Made by a program: the position numbers and the translations under genes. This document shows, one piece after another, positions 1 to 13,370 of a stretch of DNA of 64,000 nucleotides. The notes beneath the pieces are model-generated. The model was not told the origin of the DNA, did no database searches, and saw nothing but the letters and a program-made list of their open reading frames with translations. Source of the DNA: Lama guanicoe (Eukaryota); the NCBI GenBank assembly GCA_013239625.1, contig MU053810.1, positions 2,429,518 to 2,493,517 on the forward strand. Reading direction: 5' to 3'. Numbering within the stretch: position 1 is the first letter of the stretch; the number at the start of each line of letters is the position of its first letter.

Positions 1-1749
1 CTGACTTCCAGCTCCATCAGCATTGACACAGTGCCCACCAGGCCGGAAGCTGCACCCGGTGTTTTACAAATGTCACCCCCGTCTGTCCCCAAACATGCCC
101 ACTGGTGCCCATGACCCCATCTGACAGAGGAGGAGACAGAGGCCCAGAGAGTTAGTAATGGCCCATGGTGGGAGCAGAGCCCCCCACCAACCCATATTAT
201 TTTTTCTTAGAGAGGAAAAAAAAAAAAACCACTAGATGTTTTAGACCACAAAGATTGGGGACTGTTTGTTGCCGTGGAATAATCTAATCTATCCTGACTG
301 CTACACGTTCCATATAATAAGAAAATATAATAACATTTAACCAATTTAAAATAATGTAAAAAAAATAATAAACTGCAGCAAATTAGTAATTTCTTTGAAT
401 TACAGAATTTTTAAGAAAAAGATGTTATTTCTGGCAACAATCAGCTGTGGTATTTACCCGACTTGATTTCGCTGTCTACTGGCACTCTCTCAGCCCTCGA
501 ATCACTGGAGAGTAAATGGTGTTATTGTCAATGGTTTTATTCCCAGTCGTTTCTAGTCTGTGTCTATTGAGTAGGTAGGAGGCGATATGTCCAAATGGGT
601 AACGGTGTAGACAAAAGCAGATGGACCTGGCTTTCGGTCACATCTCTATAACACACCAGCTGGTAACCTTGAGCATGTCATGCCCCTCCGTGTATTAAAA
701 AAGGGGTGGGGGGAGAAACCTGCCAGAGCCTGGCAGGAAGGAAACCTGACTAGTATATGGTAAACCTCAGATGGAGGCCTGATATTGTCAGAAATTGTCC
801 AGAACAAGAGCCTTCCCTTCCACGTGTAACTCACTTTGCACCGCACACTGCTTGTCCTGGGGTGGCTACCCTGCAGATGGAGTTGGCAGACAGTGTATTT
901 CAAAATGAATCAACCTTTCTTCTTCCTCCAGTTCATGGTTCATCAGCTAATTCCATCTCTTGGGTTGGAGATCCCTGCTGTGGCATTTTTAGATGCACAC
1001 ATTCAATTTCATTTTTAAATTGGAATTTTGATAGCCCATAAAAATAATTCAGATATACCTAAGAGAGTCTCGCTTGAGTATTCCCTGGGGGAGGCAGTGT
1101 CAGGAGACATAAAGAACACGGGTTTGGGAGTGAGTCCAGGCAGGGGTTGAATATCAGTTCTGCCTTTGACTACGACCTGTAGCAACCGCATCCCTCTCTG
1201 ATTCTCAATTTCATTATCTCTGTAAGGGATAATAATGCCCATCCTAGAACATGGTCATAAAAATAAACTGAGATGCATGCTAAATAAAGCACGTTACCTG
1301 GGATACAGTAACTGCTCACTTAAAAAAAGAAAAAAGAAATGTTAGTCTCCCTACATGTTGTGCATCTGAGTTTCTGACATGGTTTATCGAAATGTAAGTT
1401 ACTATGAAAAGAGCAGTGGTTTCAAGACTGAAGATGTCAACAGTATCTCTTTCTTAGAGCACCTTCTAGTCTCTTGTATTGAGAGACTTCAATGCTGTTT
1501 GGACTTCAAACCTAAGATCATCCACAAACTGAAAATCAATACTCACTAGTGTCAAGAAACGAAAGCAAATGCCACGCAAGCTGATTTCTTCTTAATCACT
1601 AGGTTAAACTGAGCTCTATTACGATTCTGCTTTATTTTCTGTTTTCTGTCCAAATGAAGCAGCATCGACTGAACAAAGGAGAATCAGTTGATTCATTATA
1701 ATGCGTTGCTGAAAACACGGGGACATGGGTTCACTTATTCATTTTTGAA

Positions 1750-1811
1750 CTTTTTTTTTGGAAGAAGGGATAATTTGGTTTATTTATATATATGTATATA
1801 TATGTATGTAC

Positions 1812-1842
<31 letters not shown>

Positions 1843-1872
1843 TATTTTAAAGGAGGTACTGGGGATTGAACC
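1750..1872 (-). mobile_element. 5'-truncated Vic-1-type SINE with internal (TA)n(CA)n microsatellite
   Basis: ggaggtactggggattgaacc at 1852-1872; TA/CA repeat about 1785-1842 lies in the tail region. Confidence 0.7.
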
Positions 1873-3814
1873 AAATATATAAATAATAAAATATTTGCTG
1901 TAAAGAAAAATAAAAGAGGACAAGAAGCTAGCATGGTGTTGGGGGGGCAACGAGGTCAGTCAGAGCACGAGGTCAGTCAGAGTCAGGCGAGAACATGGGA
2001 GGAGGTGCCGTCAGCTCAGTGATACAAACAGACAAGCTAGTGATGACCTGGACAAAGAGCCTTCCCGGAAGGGGCAATAAAAGCAAGCCCTGAGGCAAAA
2101 GGAATTTACCAAGTATGGGGAACCAAAAGCCTGCCAGTGTGGCCAGCAGGAGCCGGCCAGGAAGAGAATGGTGGGAAATGAGGTTAGAAAACAAAAAAGC
2201 TACTAGACGGGGTGGGGCTCTAATCCATGCTACCAACCTTGGATTGGATGTTAAGTGTTCTAGGAAGACTTGAGAGGGTTTTGAACAGGAGAGTGACTTG
2301 GTCTGACTTAACAGTTTTAAATAATCACTTAAGTTTCTAAAAGAGAATAGACCCCAGAAGAGCAAGCGTGGAGGCAGGGAAGCGGGGTGCCATTTGCTGA
2401 GAAAGACAACACTAGGGGGAAGCAGGTTTAGGTGAGAAAGTTAATGATTCTGTCTTAGACATTAAGTTTGAGATGCTTTTTGACATCCAAGAGTAGCCAG
2501 TGGAGTATATAAATCTGACATTCAAGGAAGGAGTCTGGGTTAGAGATAAATCTGAGACTCACCGGCATTCATGAGTCACTAAAGCCACGGGACTAGAAAA
2601 GAACAAATGAGCTCTGATGGATCCAGAGAAGCCAAATGAACCCACAGGAGTCCCCTCGAGTGACCTGCCCCTCAGCAGCACTCTCCCTTAAAGTTTCACA
2701 ATGCTTGAGAGTCACTGATTTGTCCAGAGGGAAGTGACATGAAACAGCTGGCTTCCTCTGGAAGAGGCCAAAACAAGGCTTGGCTGTGAACTATAACCAG
2801 CATCTGAGGCCTCTTGAATAGAGAGACAGGAGCAGACCTACAGAGGTCAAAGCACAAGGGCCACCAAGAGGTCGCAGAAATACGTCCAGAGGTCAGGAGA
2901 ACCGGAAGCATGAATGTTTTTAGAACTCAACAATTGTTCTACAAAAAGTAAGTGTGAGGTGGCCTTCGTCTTTCAGGGCAGTAGATCAACTAGCATCTAT
3001 CCACTGAAAATGGCACAGAAAAACATTTCAGGTCCCTAAAATTCTAACATATTGCTAGTTGTTAAAAAAAAAAATGTTTCCCTTGTTCGCACCTGTTAAT
3101 TAGGGATCAAGGCTGCATCAAGGCAGGAAAAGTGTTTTACTCCATCATATATTGATTTATGACACACCTATCTCATCTGAGATGTGGAGATCATTCATGC
3201 TTCCTGAAACACAGGTCATCAGTCAAACCTCCCAGAACATATTACAAAACGGAAAAGAAATGACTTTTTTTTTTAAAATGATGTACGGCACCATCTTGCA
3301 GCCCTTTATGGTAGGGAAGGGTTCAAGGCCACTGGCTTTGACATTCATAACCCCCCATGGTTTTTATTTATATGGTAAACTAGAAGTTTTTCCTCTCCAG
3401 ATCGATTTTCTCTTCACCTGTGCAAGATTAGCATTCAGTAATTCTTTCCTACAGGTGTTTTGCAGCAAATCAATTCCCAGCGCCCCTCATAATCTCAGTC
3501 ACTGAGGGGAAGAGTTCACGTGGTTAGCAGTTGGGGCGATGGTTGGAAATGTAGCAAAAAAAGACTACACCAAACATTTAACAACTGAATTTTACAGTGT
3601 TGTGCTTCATGATGTTTTTTTGTTCCATGCTATTTACTTACCTACTGATAAAAGGGTTTTAAAACATAAAAAACTCTAAAGATTCTCCCACTGATTATCA
3701 AATTAAATATAAACTTAAATCTAATATATTTAAGGCCACAAAATAAACCCCAAACTCTCTCCAGTCTGATAACCACTGCACCTCCTACTAAACCCCAACA
3801 ACAACAGCAGCAGC

Positions 3815-4060
3815 AATAATCATAGCTAACACTTTTCAGGCATTTACTATAAATCAGGAGGGGTTCCAAGAGTTTCACACATCTTAAATAATTTAATCAT
3901 CACAACTATCCAGCAAGGTACTATTATTATCCCACTCCTTTATAGAGAGAGGGATGAGGCCCAGAGAGGTTAGTGACTTGCCCAAAGTCACACAATAGAA
4001 TGCAGGAGAGCTGGGATTTAAATGCAGGCAGCCTGGAGCCTGAGCTTAAACACTTTACCA
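3815..4060 (-). mobile_element. MIR SINE (representative; other MIR remnants near 1130-1320, 18030-18130, 19280-19430, 22190-22390, 25880-26050, 33140-33330, 39690-39800, 45340-45480, 46220-46380)
   Basis: Core tattatcccactcctttataga..tgaggcccagagaggttagtgacttgcccaaagtcacaca. Confidence 0.75.
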
Positions 4061-4156
4061 CTTCCATCCTTGAGCTTGACGATTTCATGGGTCCAGTGTC
4101 TTCAATACCCTCCTTGAAAAAAATCCATTGTAGGAGTTCTGTCAAGACCCATTTCA

Positions 4157-4688
4157 TCCATCAACAGATGACTGGATAAAGAAGTTGTGGTATATTTATA
4201 CAATGGAATACTATCCGGCCATAAAAAAAAATGACAACATAATGCCATTTGCAGCAACATGGATGTCCCTGGAGAATGTCATTCTAAGTGAAGTAAGCCA
4301 GAAAGAGAAAGAAAAATACCATATGATACCGCTCATATGTGGAATCTGAAAAAAAAAGAAGAAGAAGAAGACAAATGAACTTAAATATAAAACAGAAACA
4401 GACTTATAGACATAGAATACAAACTTGTGGTTTCCAGAGGGGAAGAGAGGTGGGAAGGGATAGACTGGGAGTTCGAAATTGGTAGATACTGACAGGTACA
4501 TATATAGAATAGAGAAACAAGATTATACTGTATAGCACAGGGAAATATATACAAGATCTTGTGATTGCTCACAAGGAAAAAAATGTGAAAATGAATATAT
4601 GTATGTTCATGTATAACTGAAAAATTGTGCTCTTCACTGGAAATTGACACAACATTGTAAACTGACTATAACTCAATTTTAAAAAAAA
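4157..4688 (+). mobile_element. 5'-truncated young LINE-1 3' end
   Basis: ORF2 tail and 3'UTR closely similar to the reverse complement of 56030-56530; poly-A; perfect 13-bp TSD aagacccatttca at 4144-4156 and 4689-4701. Confidence 0.95.
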
Positions 4689-5288
4689 AAGACCCATTTC
4701 AAATACCACATGTTCCCCGAGGCCCTCTTGGCTACTCCCATCGAATTAGTGTCTAATCCTCCTTGGAGCTCATGCAGCCTTTTCCTCATGTGCTCATATC
4801 TCCCTGATGACCCTAAGCATATTCTACCTTTATTGATTATTGGGAGTTTTGCCCTAGACCCTCCAGGGGCCTGGAAGCTGCTGAGCACGGGGACTCTATC
4901 ATCTGCATCCCTGTATACCGGGGAAGAGCTGGCAGAGTCCCTAGAACACAGGGTTCTGGATAAATGTGCTCAGTTAATGAACATCCTTCTTTCTTTCCGT
5001 CTAAATTTTCCCAGGGTACAAAACAAAAGCAAGCCCCCACTTCCAGTTGTGGCATCATGTGGCCTGTTCCTGTGTTACCACATCAACCTCCACACAGTCG
5101 ACAGCCAGATAAGCCTGTTTCTCATAAAGTCACTTCAGAAAAGGGTAATTGTGTGGATCGGCACCTGCCATGTGGCTGAGGCAAAGGTCTTAAATACTTG
5201 TACGTTTTTCTTAAGAGCTTAAGACATAATCTAGTTTTGCAACTTCACGAAAGTGAATCCAGTTTTTCCTCTAAAATAAAGAAGGATG

Positions 5289-5629
5289 GGGGATGGGGAT
5301 TGGATAAAGTTAGTCAAAAGGTACAAACTTTCCATTTATAAGTAGGTACCAGGGCTGTGATGTACAAAGTGACAAATGTAATTGACCCCACTGTACGCTA
5401 TATGTGAGAGTTGTCAAGAGAGTAAATCCTGAGTTCTCATCACAAGGCAAAAAAAAAATTTTTTTCCAGGTATTTAATTTTATATCTACATGAGATGACA
5501 GATGCTCACTAAACATACTGGGGTAACTGTTTCATGATGTGTGTAAGTCAAATCGCTATGCTGGACACCTCAAGCTTACACAGTGCTGTATGTCAATTAA
5601 ATCTCAATAAAACTGAAGGATAAATAAAT
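5289..5629 (+). mobile_element. Older LINE-1 (L1MA-like) 3' end
   Basis: Typical aaggtacaaactttcc...gtcaattaaatctcaataaa 3'UTR; 15-bp TSD aaataaag(a/g)aggatg at 5274-5288 and 5630-5644. Confidence 0.8.
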
Positions 5630-6584
5630 AAATAAAGGAGGATGAGGTTAGGGGGAGAAGAGGAGAAACTGGACTTTTCTTTTAGGAGACTCAGTCCAAA
5701 AAGAAAAAACAGTAACAACATCATGTAAGTCAGTGGCAGGTGGCTGACTAGCTAAAGCATGAGGTGTCTCTGGTTGGTTTGGCAGGTTCAAGTTACCGAG
5801 AAAACGGAGGCTCTGGTTACCTTGACAACGCAGGAAACCTAGGGCTACAGCATGTTTGACTAAACTCCCTTCGAAAGCCTTGGTGGAGTTAGTACCATTT
5901 TATCAGAATTACACATCTGCAACTCTTGTTTCTATGATAGATTAAAAAGGCACCAGAAATATTTTGTCAGGTAAATATACTTTTGTTTCATGGATAGAGT
6001 TACACGGCTTTAACAATCCTGATCTCGTATCTTGAGCTGCCTCGGCTCGTTATATTTACTGCCCAGAGTCTCTGTTCCATTTTAACCCAGTAAGACGGCA
6101 GAGCGCATTTTTACTTTCTTTTTTTAACAAGCACGTTACAACGAGCTTTGGCCTAATGTTCAGATGCTGCTTATTTTATTCTTCATTAAAAAGAAAAATT
6201 CCCAGAAATTGTAATTTGATGAGATCAAATTATTTCCTCGGGAATCTAGTCAGTTGTTGATGACACCAAGGGAAACAGACACCTCCGAGACTCCTGCCCC
6301 CAGCCTGTGGCCCGAGTCTCTGCTGCCTGGTCCCTCCTGCCTCAGCTTCTCCAGCTCTTTGCAGACTCAAGGGAAGGATCTGTTTGCAAGACTTCCAAAC
6401 CTAGATTTTCCAGAGTGCTCTAAGCACTCTGGGGGGTCCACTCTTTGGGACCACCCCCGACATTCCACCCCCATCTGCCAGAGCCCATGGGGCCTCGACC
6501 CCTCTCCCTTAAACTTCTGGAAGATGATCTTGGCCAACTTGCTCAAAACTCAGGACAGACCTTCCCATTAAAAAATGTTGTAAA

Positions 6585-7150
6585 TGGTATATATATATAT
6601 ACAGTGGAGTATTATTCAGCCATATAAAAGAATGGTGTTTTGCCACTTTCAACAACATGGATGAAATTGGAGGCTACTATATTTAGTGAAGTAAAACAGA
6701 AAAGCAGACACTGTATGTTTTTCACTTATATGTGGAATCCAAAAAGTAAAACAAGTGAATGAATGTAACCAAACAGAAACAGACTCACAGATACAAAGAA
6801 CTAGTGGTGACCAGTGGGGAGAGGGTTAGGAGAAGGGGCAAGATATGGGAAGAGGATCAAGAGATACAAACCACTATGTATAAAATAAATCAGACAGAAG
6901 GATGTAATGTACAACACAGGGAATAGAGCCAAAATTTTATAATAGCCTTATTTATCATTTTTATTAATTTTTTTAATGGAGGGACTGGGGATTGAACCAA
7001 GAACCTGGTGCATGCTAAGCATGTGCTCTACCACTGAGCAATACCCTCCCCCATAATTACGTTAAATGGAGTATAATCTACAAAAATATCAGCTCCCTAT
7101 GTTGTACACCTTAAACTAAATAGTATTGTAAATCAACTATATGTCCATTT
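6585..7150 (+). mobile_element. LINE-1 3' end interrupted by a SINE
   Basis: tggagtattattcagcc...caacatggatga...cacttatatgtggaatc motifs; L1 sequence resumes after the SINE at 7053. Confidence 0.8.
6950..7052 (-). mobile_element. tRNA-Ala-derived SINE (Vic-1 type) nested in L1
   Basis: actggggattgaacc...gcatgctaagcatgtgctctaccactgagcaataccctcccc. Confidence 0.88.
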
Positions 7151-7228
7151 TTTTAAGTTTTGTAAGTAGTAGTTAATAGCTGTATTCCTGTTGGTACCAT
7201 AAACATGAGCTAAATAGGATTTTATAGA

Positions 7229-7391
7229 CAGTGAGGAGGGTATAACTCAGTGTTGGAGCACATACTTAGCATGCAAGAAGTCTTGGGTTCAATCCCCAGT
7301 ACCCCCTCTAAAAATAAATAAATCTAATTACCTCCCTCACCTGCCAAAATAAAATAAATAGTGCAATAATAAATTAAAAAATTTTTCAAAA
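7229..7391 (+). mobile_element. tRNA-Ala-derived SINE (Vic-1 type, long-tail form)
   Basis: SINE head, taattacctccc spacer, A tail; TSD gattttataga at 7218-7228 and 7392-7402. Confidence 0.88.
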
Positions 7392-9904
7392 GATTTTATA
7401 GATGGGCCTAACAACCCCTCCATGCCTGACATCACTCTATCAGGAACATTTTCAAAGTTCAAACCAGCTAAGTTATGAACTCTTAAAACTTAATATTCAG
7501 TTGTATTCTGACCATATTTATAGTTTTTCAATGTACTCTGCACATTGGAAATCTCTTCATTTGTTTAAGATCATAAAGTTTCATTTCATGTAAGAAAATT
7601 AATCCCTTGTTTTGCTAAAAAAAAAAAGACAGCCATTATGTTTGCTATATTAAATATAAAAGTAACACAATATCTTTACAGCTTATTATTGGATTTATTT
7701 TTTCATGTTTTAAAAATTTGTAACAAATGGAGTTACAAGGTCAGAATTTAAAATATCACCTTAGTTTTGGCTAGTTTATGGTAAGGAGAATTCCTAAGAT
7801 TAGAAGAAAACAGCGTAACAAAGTTCTGATTCTTGGATTTAATGTCTTCTATGATGTCCCCTCAAAATAGGGGGAGGGGGCTCATTTTTAAAAACAGAAC
7901 AAGACAAGAAAAACAGTATCAGAACTTCTCCCAAACTGTCTACAACTTTTGGCACTTGGAACATTTTATATTGAGCTCTGTTTTCTGGGTTTTCACACTT
8001 CTATTTCCTACCTCTTCTGTTGCTTTATTTTTATCAGCTTCACAGATTTGTGAAAAGGGGATTTCTTCCCAAACTGAACCATGTTTCTCTATCCTTTCAC
8101 ATGTTTAGTCCTGGGCATATGTTCAAGCTTACATTCCGATTTTATGTTAGTATTTCTCTCACATGCAATGAACTCCGTCACAGACTCAGAAGCTAGAAAA
8201 CCCTGATGCCAACAAAAAAAGAAGAGCAAGAGTCCAGGCCACCAAGCTGCCCGTGGACCAGACTCATTCAGCTCCCAGATCCGATTCCCAGGCAGCACAT
8301 CTGAGGCTGTTCTGCTTCCCGTGGCATCTGGAAACAACTCTGCTATTTGGAGCCTCACGAGTGATGGATGTTCTGCAAAGCAGTCAACACACCATTAGCA
8401 CAGTCGTGGCTGACATCTCTGCCTTTGTGCTAGAAACACGTCCTCAGTGTCGACTCCTGCCAGATGTTCTGTGGTTGATGCTTAATTGTCACGCTCATAA
8501 GAAGTCATTTGCTAGAATCTGGAAAGAGAGGATGGCCTGCGAGATTTCTCCCTACACCTGGAGAGCAAGATCCTAGGTGAGGAGGTCCATGTCCTACAGG
8601 GAAATCAGGCCACAGGGGCATTTGAGTCCAGGATGGCCAGCAAGGAGGTGACAACCCTACCCAGCATTAAAGGAGGATGAAAAGACTAACCTGCGATGTT
8701 TTGTAAAATCAGAGCAGCATCTGGGACCCACATCTAACTCAGCACATCTTAGTTCTTGAATTGACCTGTATTGCATCTAAGAAATGTTCTGTTGCACTGG
8801 CTGGGGGATATACAGTTTATCTGGGTAAATAGAGGAAAGGAGGCATTTTACTAATAATCCTATAGGTAGTTTGTATTTGCAAAGTATTTGGAGCATTTCA
8901 ACATATCAAATGGCCAAAAGAATTGACTGCTGTTTTTCGAGCCAAGACTGGAGAAAGAAATCATTTGTCCAAACACTTCTCTCTAAAGGAGTTGTAAACC
9001 AAGTCACAGGCAGAGAGTGACATATGAAATGTTCTCAAGGGCCTGGGTAGGGAGGACCAGAAAGAAAAAAGCCACAGAAAGCCCTGAGCATATCGCTGCC
9101 TTGGAAATCTGACAGCTTCCTTCTCATGGCCGGGTTTGAAGTCTATAGGATTTCTAATCTCAGGAAGGACTGAGAATCCTTTGACAAGTGCTTTCTCAGC
9201 CATGCACACCTGAAGGAATGAATGACCAGGGACCCATTGAGAAAGATGATTTCCGCACTCTGGTGAGTCTCCAGTTAGAATCTGTTACAGCTCCCGTGTT
9301 CCAGGAGTGAGACGTATCCAATGAGTATGGTTAAAATCACTGTGGACATTTATTCAAAACGCCCAAACCGTTGATGAAAAAGAAATAACCAGTCTGTAAA
9401 TCTGCAGGACCAAACACAATCTAGCCTCTTCATAGACAGGCTCTCCTGGGTGAATTATCATATTACCATTATTACTAACCAGCAATAGGTATTGAATCTT
9501 TGCAACATGCCAGGAACCACACCAATCACTTTAAATGCATTATCCCCTTAAATATTCACAGCCACCGTACAATCCGGGGGCCACCGCCCTACCCCCCACC
9601 AGGTGTTAGAACATGTGTAAATATCCACCTGTGCGCCTTCCTCCATCCTGCCCCCCACCACCCAGCAGCAACCAGCACGTTCCACACTCATGGACCTCAA
9701 TGTAAGGATGTTCCAGAAAAAATACAAAAAGCCTATTCTCGATTACCAAATACACTTACGAAACTCAAAGAAAATAATTTGAGACAAAAGGGTGCTTTTA
9801 TGAAGATGTACTTTATTTTTCATTTTTACCTGAAAGAATGATAACAAACACTAGCAATCCTCCATCCCACCCCTTCCCACTCTTCTCCAGCCTAAACCCT
9901 GAGA

Positions 9905-10355
9905 GTCACAGATGTCGAGCATCTTTTCAAGTGCTTGTTGGCCGTTTGTAGATAGTCTTTGGAGAAATGTCTGTCTGTGTCCTTTGCCCATTTCCAATTG
10001 GATTGTTTGTTTTGTTGTTGCAGAGTCTTAGGGGTTCTTTATATATTCTGAATATTAATCTTGTATCAGATACACGATTCACAAATGTTTTCTCCCATTC
10101 TGTGGGTTGGCTTTTTACGCTGCTGATAGTATCCTTTGGTGCACAAAAGTTTTTAATTTTGATAAAGTCCAGTTTGTCTGTTCTTTTCTTTTGCTGCCTG
10201 CACTTTGGGTGTCATTTCCAAAAAAAAAAAATTGCCAAATATAATATCATAAAGTTTTTGTCCTATGTTTTCTTCTAAGAACTTTCTTATAGGTTTAGGT
10301 CTTATATTTAGGTCTTGGATCCACTTTGAGTGCATTCTTGTATATGGTATTAGCT
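9905..10355 (-). mobile_element. LINE-1 ORF2 fragment
   Basis: Minus ORF 10153-10335 reads SKWIQDLNIRPKPIRKFLEENIGQKLYDI, an L1 ORF2 motif. Confidence 0.85.
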
Positions 10356-10559
10356 AAAGGAAAGATCTTATTTAAACATTTTATTTAATTTTTATTTAGC
10401 ATCATTTAAAACAATTGTTCAAATATTAAATTTATCTTTTCAAGCCCCTCAAAATATTTCATTTATCTAAAACCTTGTATTTTAATGTACTTCTCATAAC
10501 AATCTGCATACTGAATTGTTTGCAGAACAATTCTTACCCACAGGGTGCATGCATAATAT

Positions 10560-10760
10560 TCCTGGAGGGCCTATCCAATAGAACTTTCTGTAATGCAGAA
10601 CATTTCTTTGCACAGTCCAAAACCGTAGCCAACCAGACACATGTGGCTCTGATGAGTGTAACAGAGGAATTAAATTTTAAATTTCATTTAATTTTAACTG
10701 ATTCAGATTTAAATTTAACTACGCTGGTGTGGCTAGTGCCTGCCATCTTGTGCTATGTCT
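10560..10760. mobile_element. MER3-like hAT MITE
   Basis: tccaatagaactttctgtaatg...aaattttaaatttcatttaattttaa...gtggctagtg. Confidence 0.7.
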
Positions 10761-11188
10761 AAATAAAGTACAATGTCTAGATTTTCCAAGTTTTTTTTCC
10801 CCCAGAAAGTTATATACTCAGACTACATTGTTGTAGCTTTTCACACAAAAGCTTTCAGAGCCTCGAGGTGATACTACACCCTGAGTTTAAGGTTAGATAT
10901 AAGAAATGCCAAAAGAAAAATGTCCTTGAATTTCCTGTAGCATTCCTACTACAGAACTCACATTTCATGACAGCCTCTGTCTCCTCTATAAACGCCCTTT
11001 ATGACAGAGTCCTCTCAGGGCCAGTATTTTTTAAAACTTTTGTTTTCATCTTTTGGCTTTAAGGTATGCTTCCTTGTACTAAGTAATAAGGTCCTTGTAA
11101 TCTTTTCCCTTTCCCTTCTTCAGTCGCCAGGGAACCCGGTACTAAGTACTTTCTGGTGAATTGTAATTGTTCCTCTTAAACTTCTTTT

Positions 11189-11328
11189 TCTTTTTTTTTT
11201 TTTAATTCTTATTTATTTATTTATTTCTGAGGGGGCGGTCATTAAGTTTCCTTATTTATGTATTTTTAGAGGAGGTCCTGGGTTCAATCCCACGCATGCG
11301 CTCTGCCACTTGAGCTGTACCCTCCCCC
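11189..11328 (-). mobile_element. tRNA-Ala-derived SINE (Vic-1 type) with internal rearrangement
   Basis: T-rich tail, head ctctgccacttgagctgtaccctccccc, TSD taaactt(c/a)tttt at 11177-11188 and 11329-11340. Confidence 0.85.
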
Positions 11329-12287
11329 TAAACTTATTTTCTAGTTATAATCATCTTCTCGTCTTCTTCCCCCTCTTTCAGCTCCCGTAAAATGCACTGC
11401 CTTTGCTTGTGATCTTCGACCTTGACTAGTGATTTGGTAGCATCTGTTTCTTTTATTTCCTTTTGGAACAGTAGCTAGAGAGATATACAGTGATGTGGCA
11501 ATTTTAACCTCAAGGGCCACTCAGATACAAACAGAAAACATAGCTTGTCCCTTTTCTATAACAGTTTAACCTTCCTCGGGAGCCCCCATCCCTGTGGGCA
11601 GTAGCCGGGGGAGGGGGGCGCTATTTAAACTGCCAGTTTGTGGTAGCTCAGCCTCATCAGGTTGAAATAGTCCATGTCAGTTAGGTCGGTGTCTTTGGGG
11701 TGAATGTTCAGTGTTTAACTTTCTCTCTGCCTGTGTAGTAGTCTGACTCGTGTCCCCCCAGAAGTCATGTCCACTTGAAACCTCTGAATGTAATCATATG
11801 TCTTCTTCATTTCCAAGAGACCTCAAAATGGGGGTCAGGGCACAGTAAGTCTCCTCAGCTCTCAGCTTCCCACTCTCCCCGTCTAAAGCCAGCCCCGCAA
11901 CCTGGGATGCAGAGCCGAGGAGAGAAGTCAGGACTCGGGTGTCTGACGCTGCCTTCCTCCTCCTACACCTCTTCACTCTGCATCCACTTATATCACAGCC
12001 CTGGCTTACAGAAAAGCCTACTTTCAAGTCCCCTAGCTTTTGATGCATTAAAAGGAGCTTAAGGAACTTAGAAGACACTTCCTCTATTTCAAAGTCTGGC
12101 TTTCAGTAGTCTTACTGGGACTCAAACGTCCTATTTTGGATATCAAACACTTAACATTGATTCCTCCTTTCTTTTTGCATTTCTGTGTAATAATCCTAAT
12201 CCTCCCCAAGGCGAGTAAATGCCCCTGGCAGAATAGGTGGAAGTTCACACAAGCACTGGGAGCAGACAAGAAAAGCCAAGAGATGTC

Positions 12288-12369
12288 AGTAGACAGATGA
12301 TAGATGGATATAGACAGACAGATGCTAGAAAGATAGATATAGATAGACAGACAGACAGATAGATAGATA
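12288..12369. repeat. (GATA/GACA)n microsatellite
   Basis: Imperfect tetranucleotide array seen directly. Confidence 0.9.
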
Positions 12370-13157
12370 TTTTACATTAACCTCCTTACAAGGAGATAGG
12401 AAAAAAATTCCACTCCTTAATTACAGGTAAATTCATTTTGGATCTTGTAATTCTTGTTAAGAGTTTCTAAGGAACTGAAATATCCAAAAGTACAGGTCCA
12501 TAGATACTGCACTTAAAGAAGGTACAACTTCATTGGAAAGAAAAATATATGAATGTACGGAACAATAAGACAACCCCGAGAAGGGTGCCTTAAAGCACAT
12601 ACAGGTAGCAGGCCCTGCCTATCAAAGCGAGGCAGAGCCCAGAGCCCACTGGCTGTAGGGTGTCCAGAAGCGGGGGTGGCATGAGGCACAAGCAGAGGCA
12701 GCTTTAGAGAGGCAGAGTGGAAGGGGGGAAGGTGATCTGGGCATTTCTGCCCAAACTTTTCCAAGTCATAGCATAGAGAGAAAGAAAGAATGGCTTGGCA
12801 CGCTGGGAGAAACTAGACGAGATGGAGGGAGGGGCTGCTCACTTAGCACTTAGTGGGGGAAATGATTACTTTCAACTTTGTATAATGATAAGAAAAAATG
12901 TCAATTGTTAGGAAACATATTAAATATAAATTTGCATGAATTCCAAAAAAAATCTTTGTGATTTTTTAAAAAGAGAAACTTGAGCTTACTTGCAATAATA
13001 TAACATTTTTACACTAAGTTAGGCCCATGATGGCAAAAATGCCCACTTTTTAAGGAACACATCTTCAAATTCTTGAAAGTCATCATCAGGGAGGAACTTT
13101 GCACAGACAGGTGCTAAAGAACATAAACTGCTTTTACAACCATCAAAGTGTACAGCA

Positions 13158-13370
13158 AAGGGACAGACTGGGATTTTAAAATGCAGAATAGATAAACAAG
13201 ATGATACTGTATAGCACAGGGAAACATATACAAGATCTTGTGGTAGCTCACAGTGAAAAAAAAGTGACAATGAATATATATATGTTCATGTATAACTGAA
13301 AAATTGTGCACTACACTGGAATTTGACACCACATTGTAAAATGAATATTACCAAATAAAAAAAGTAAAAC
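13158..13370 (+). mobile_element. Short LINE-1 3'UTR fragment
   Basis: Matches 4450-4680 L1 3'UTR; A-rich tail; flanking repeat tgtacagca on both sides. Confidence 0.85.
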
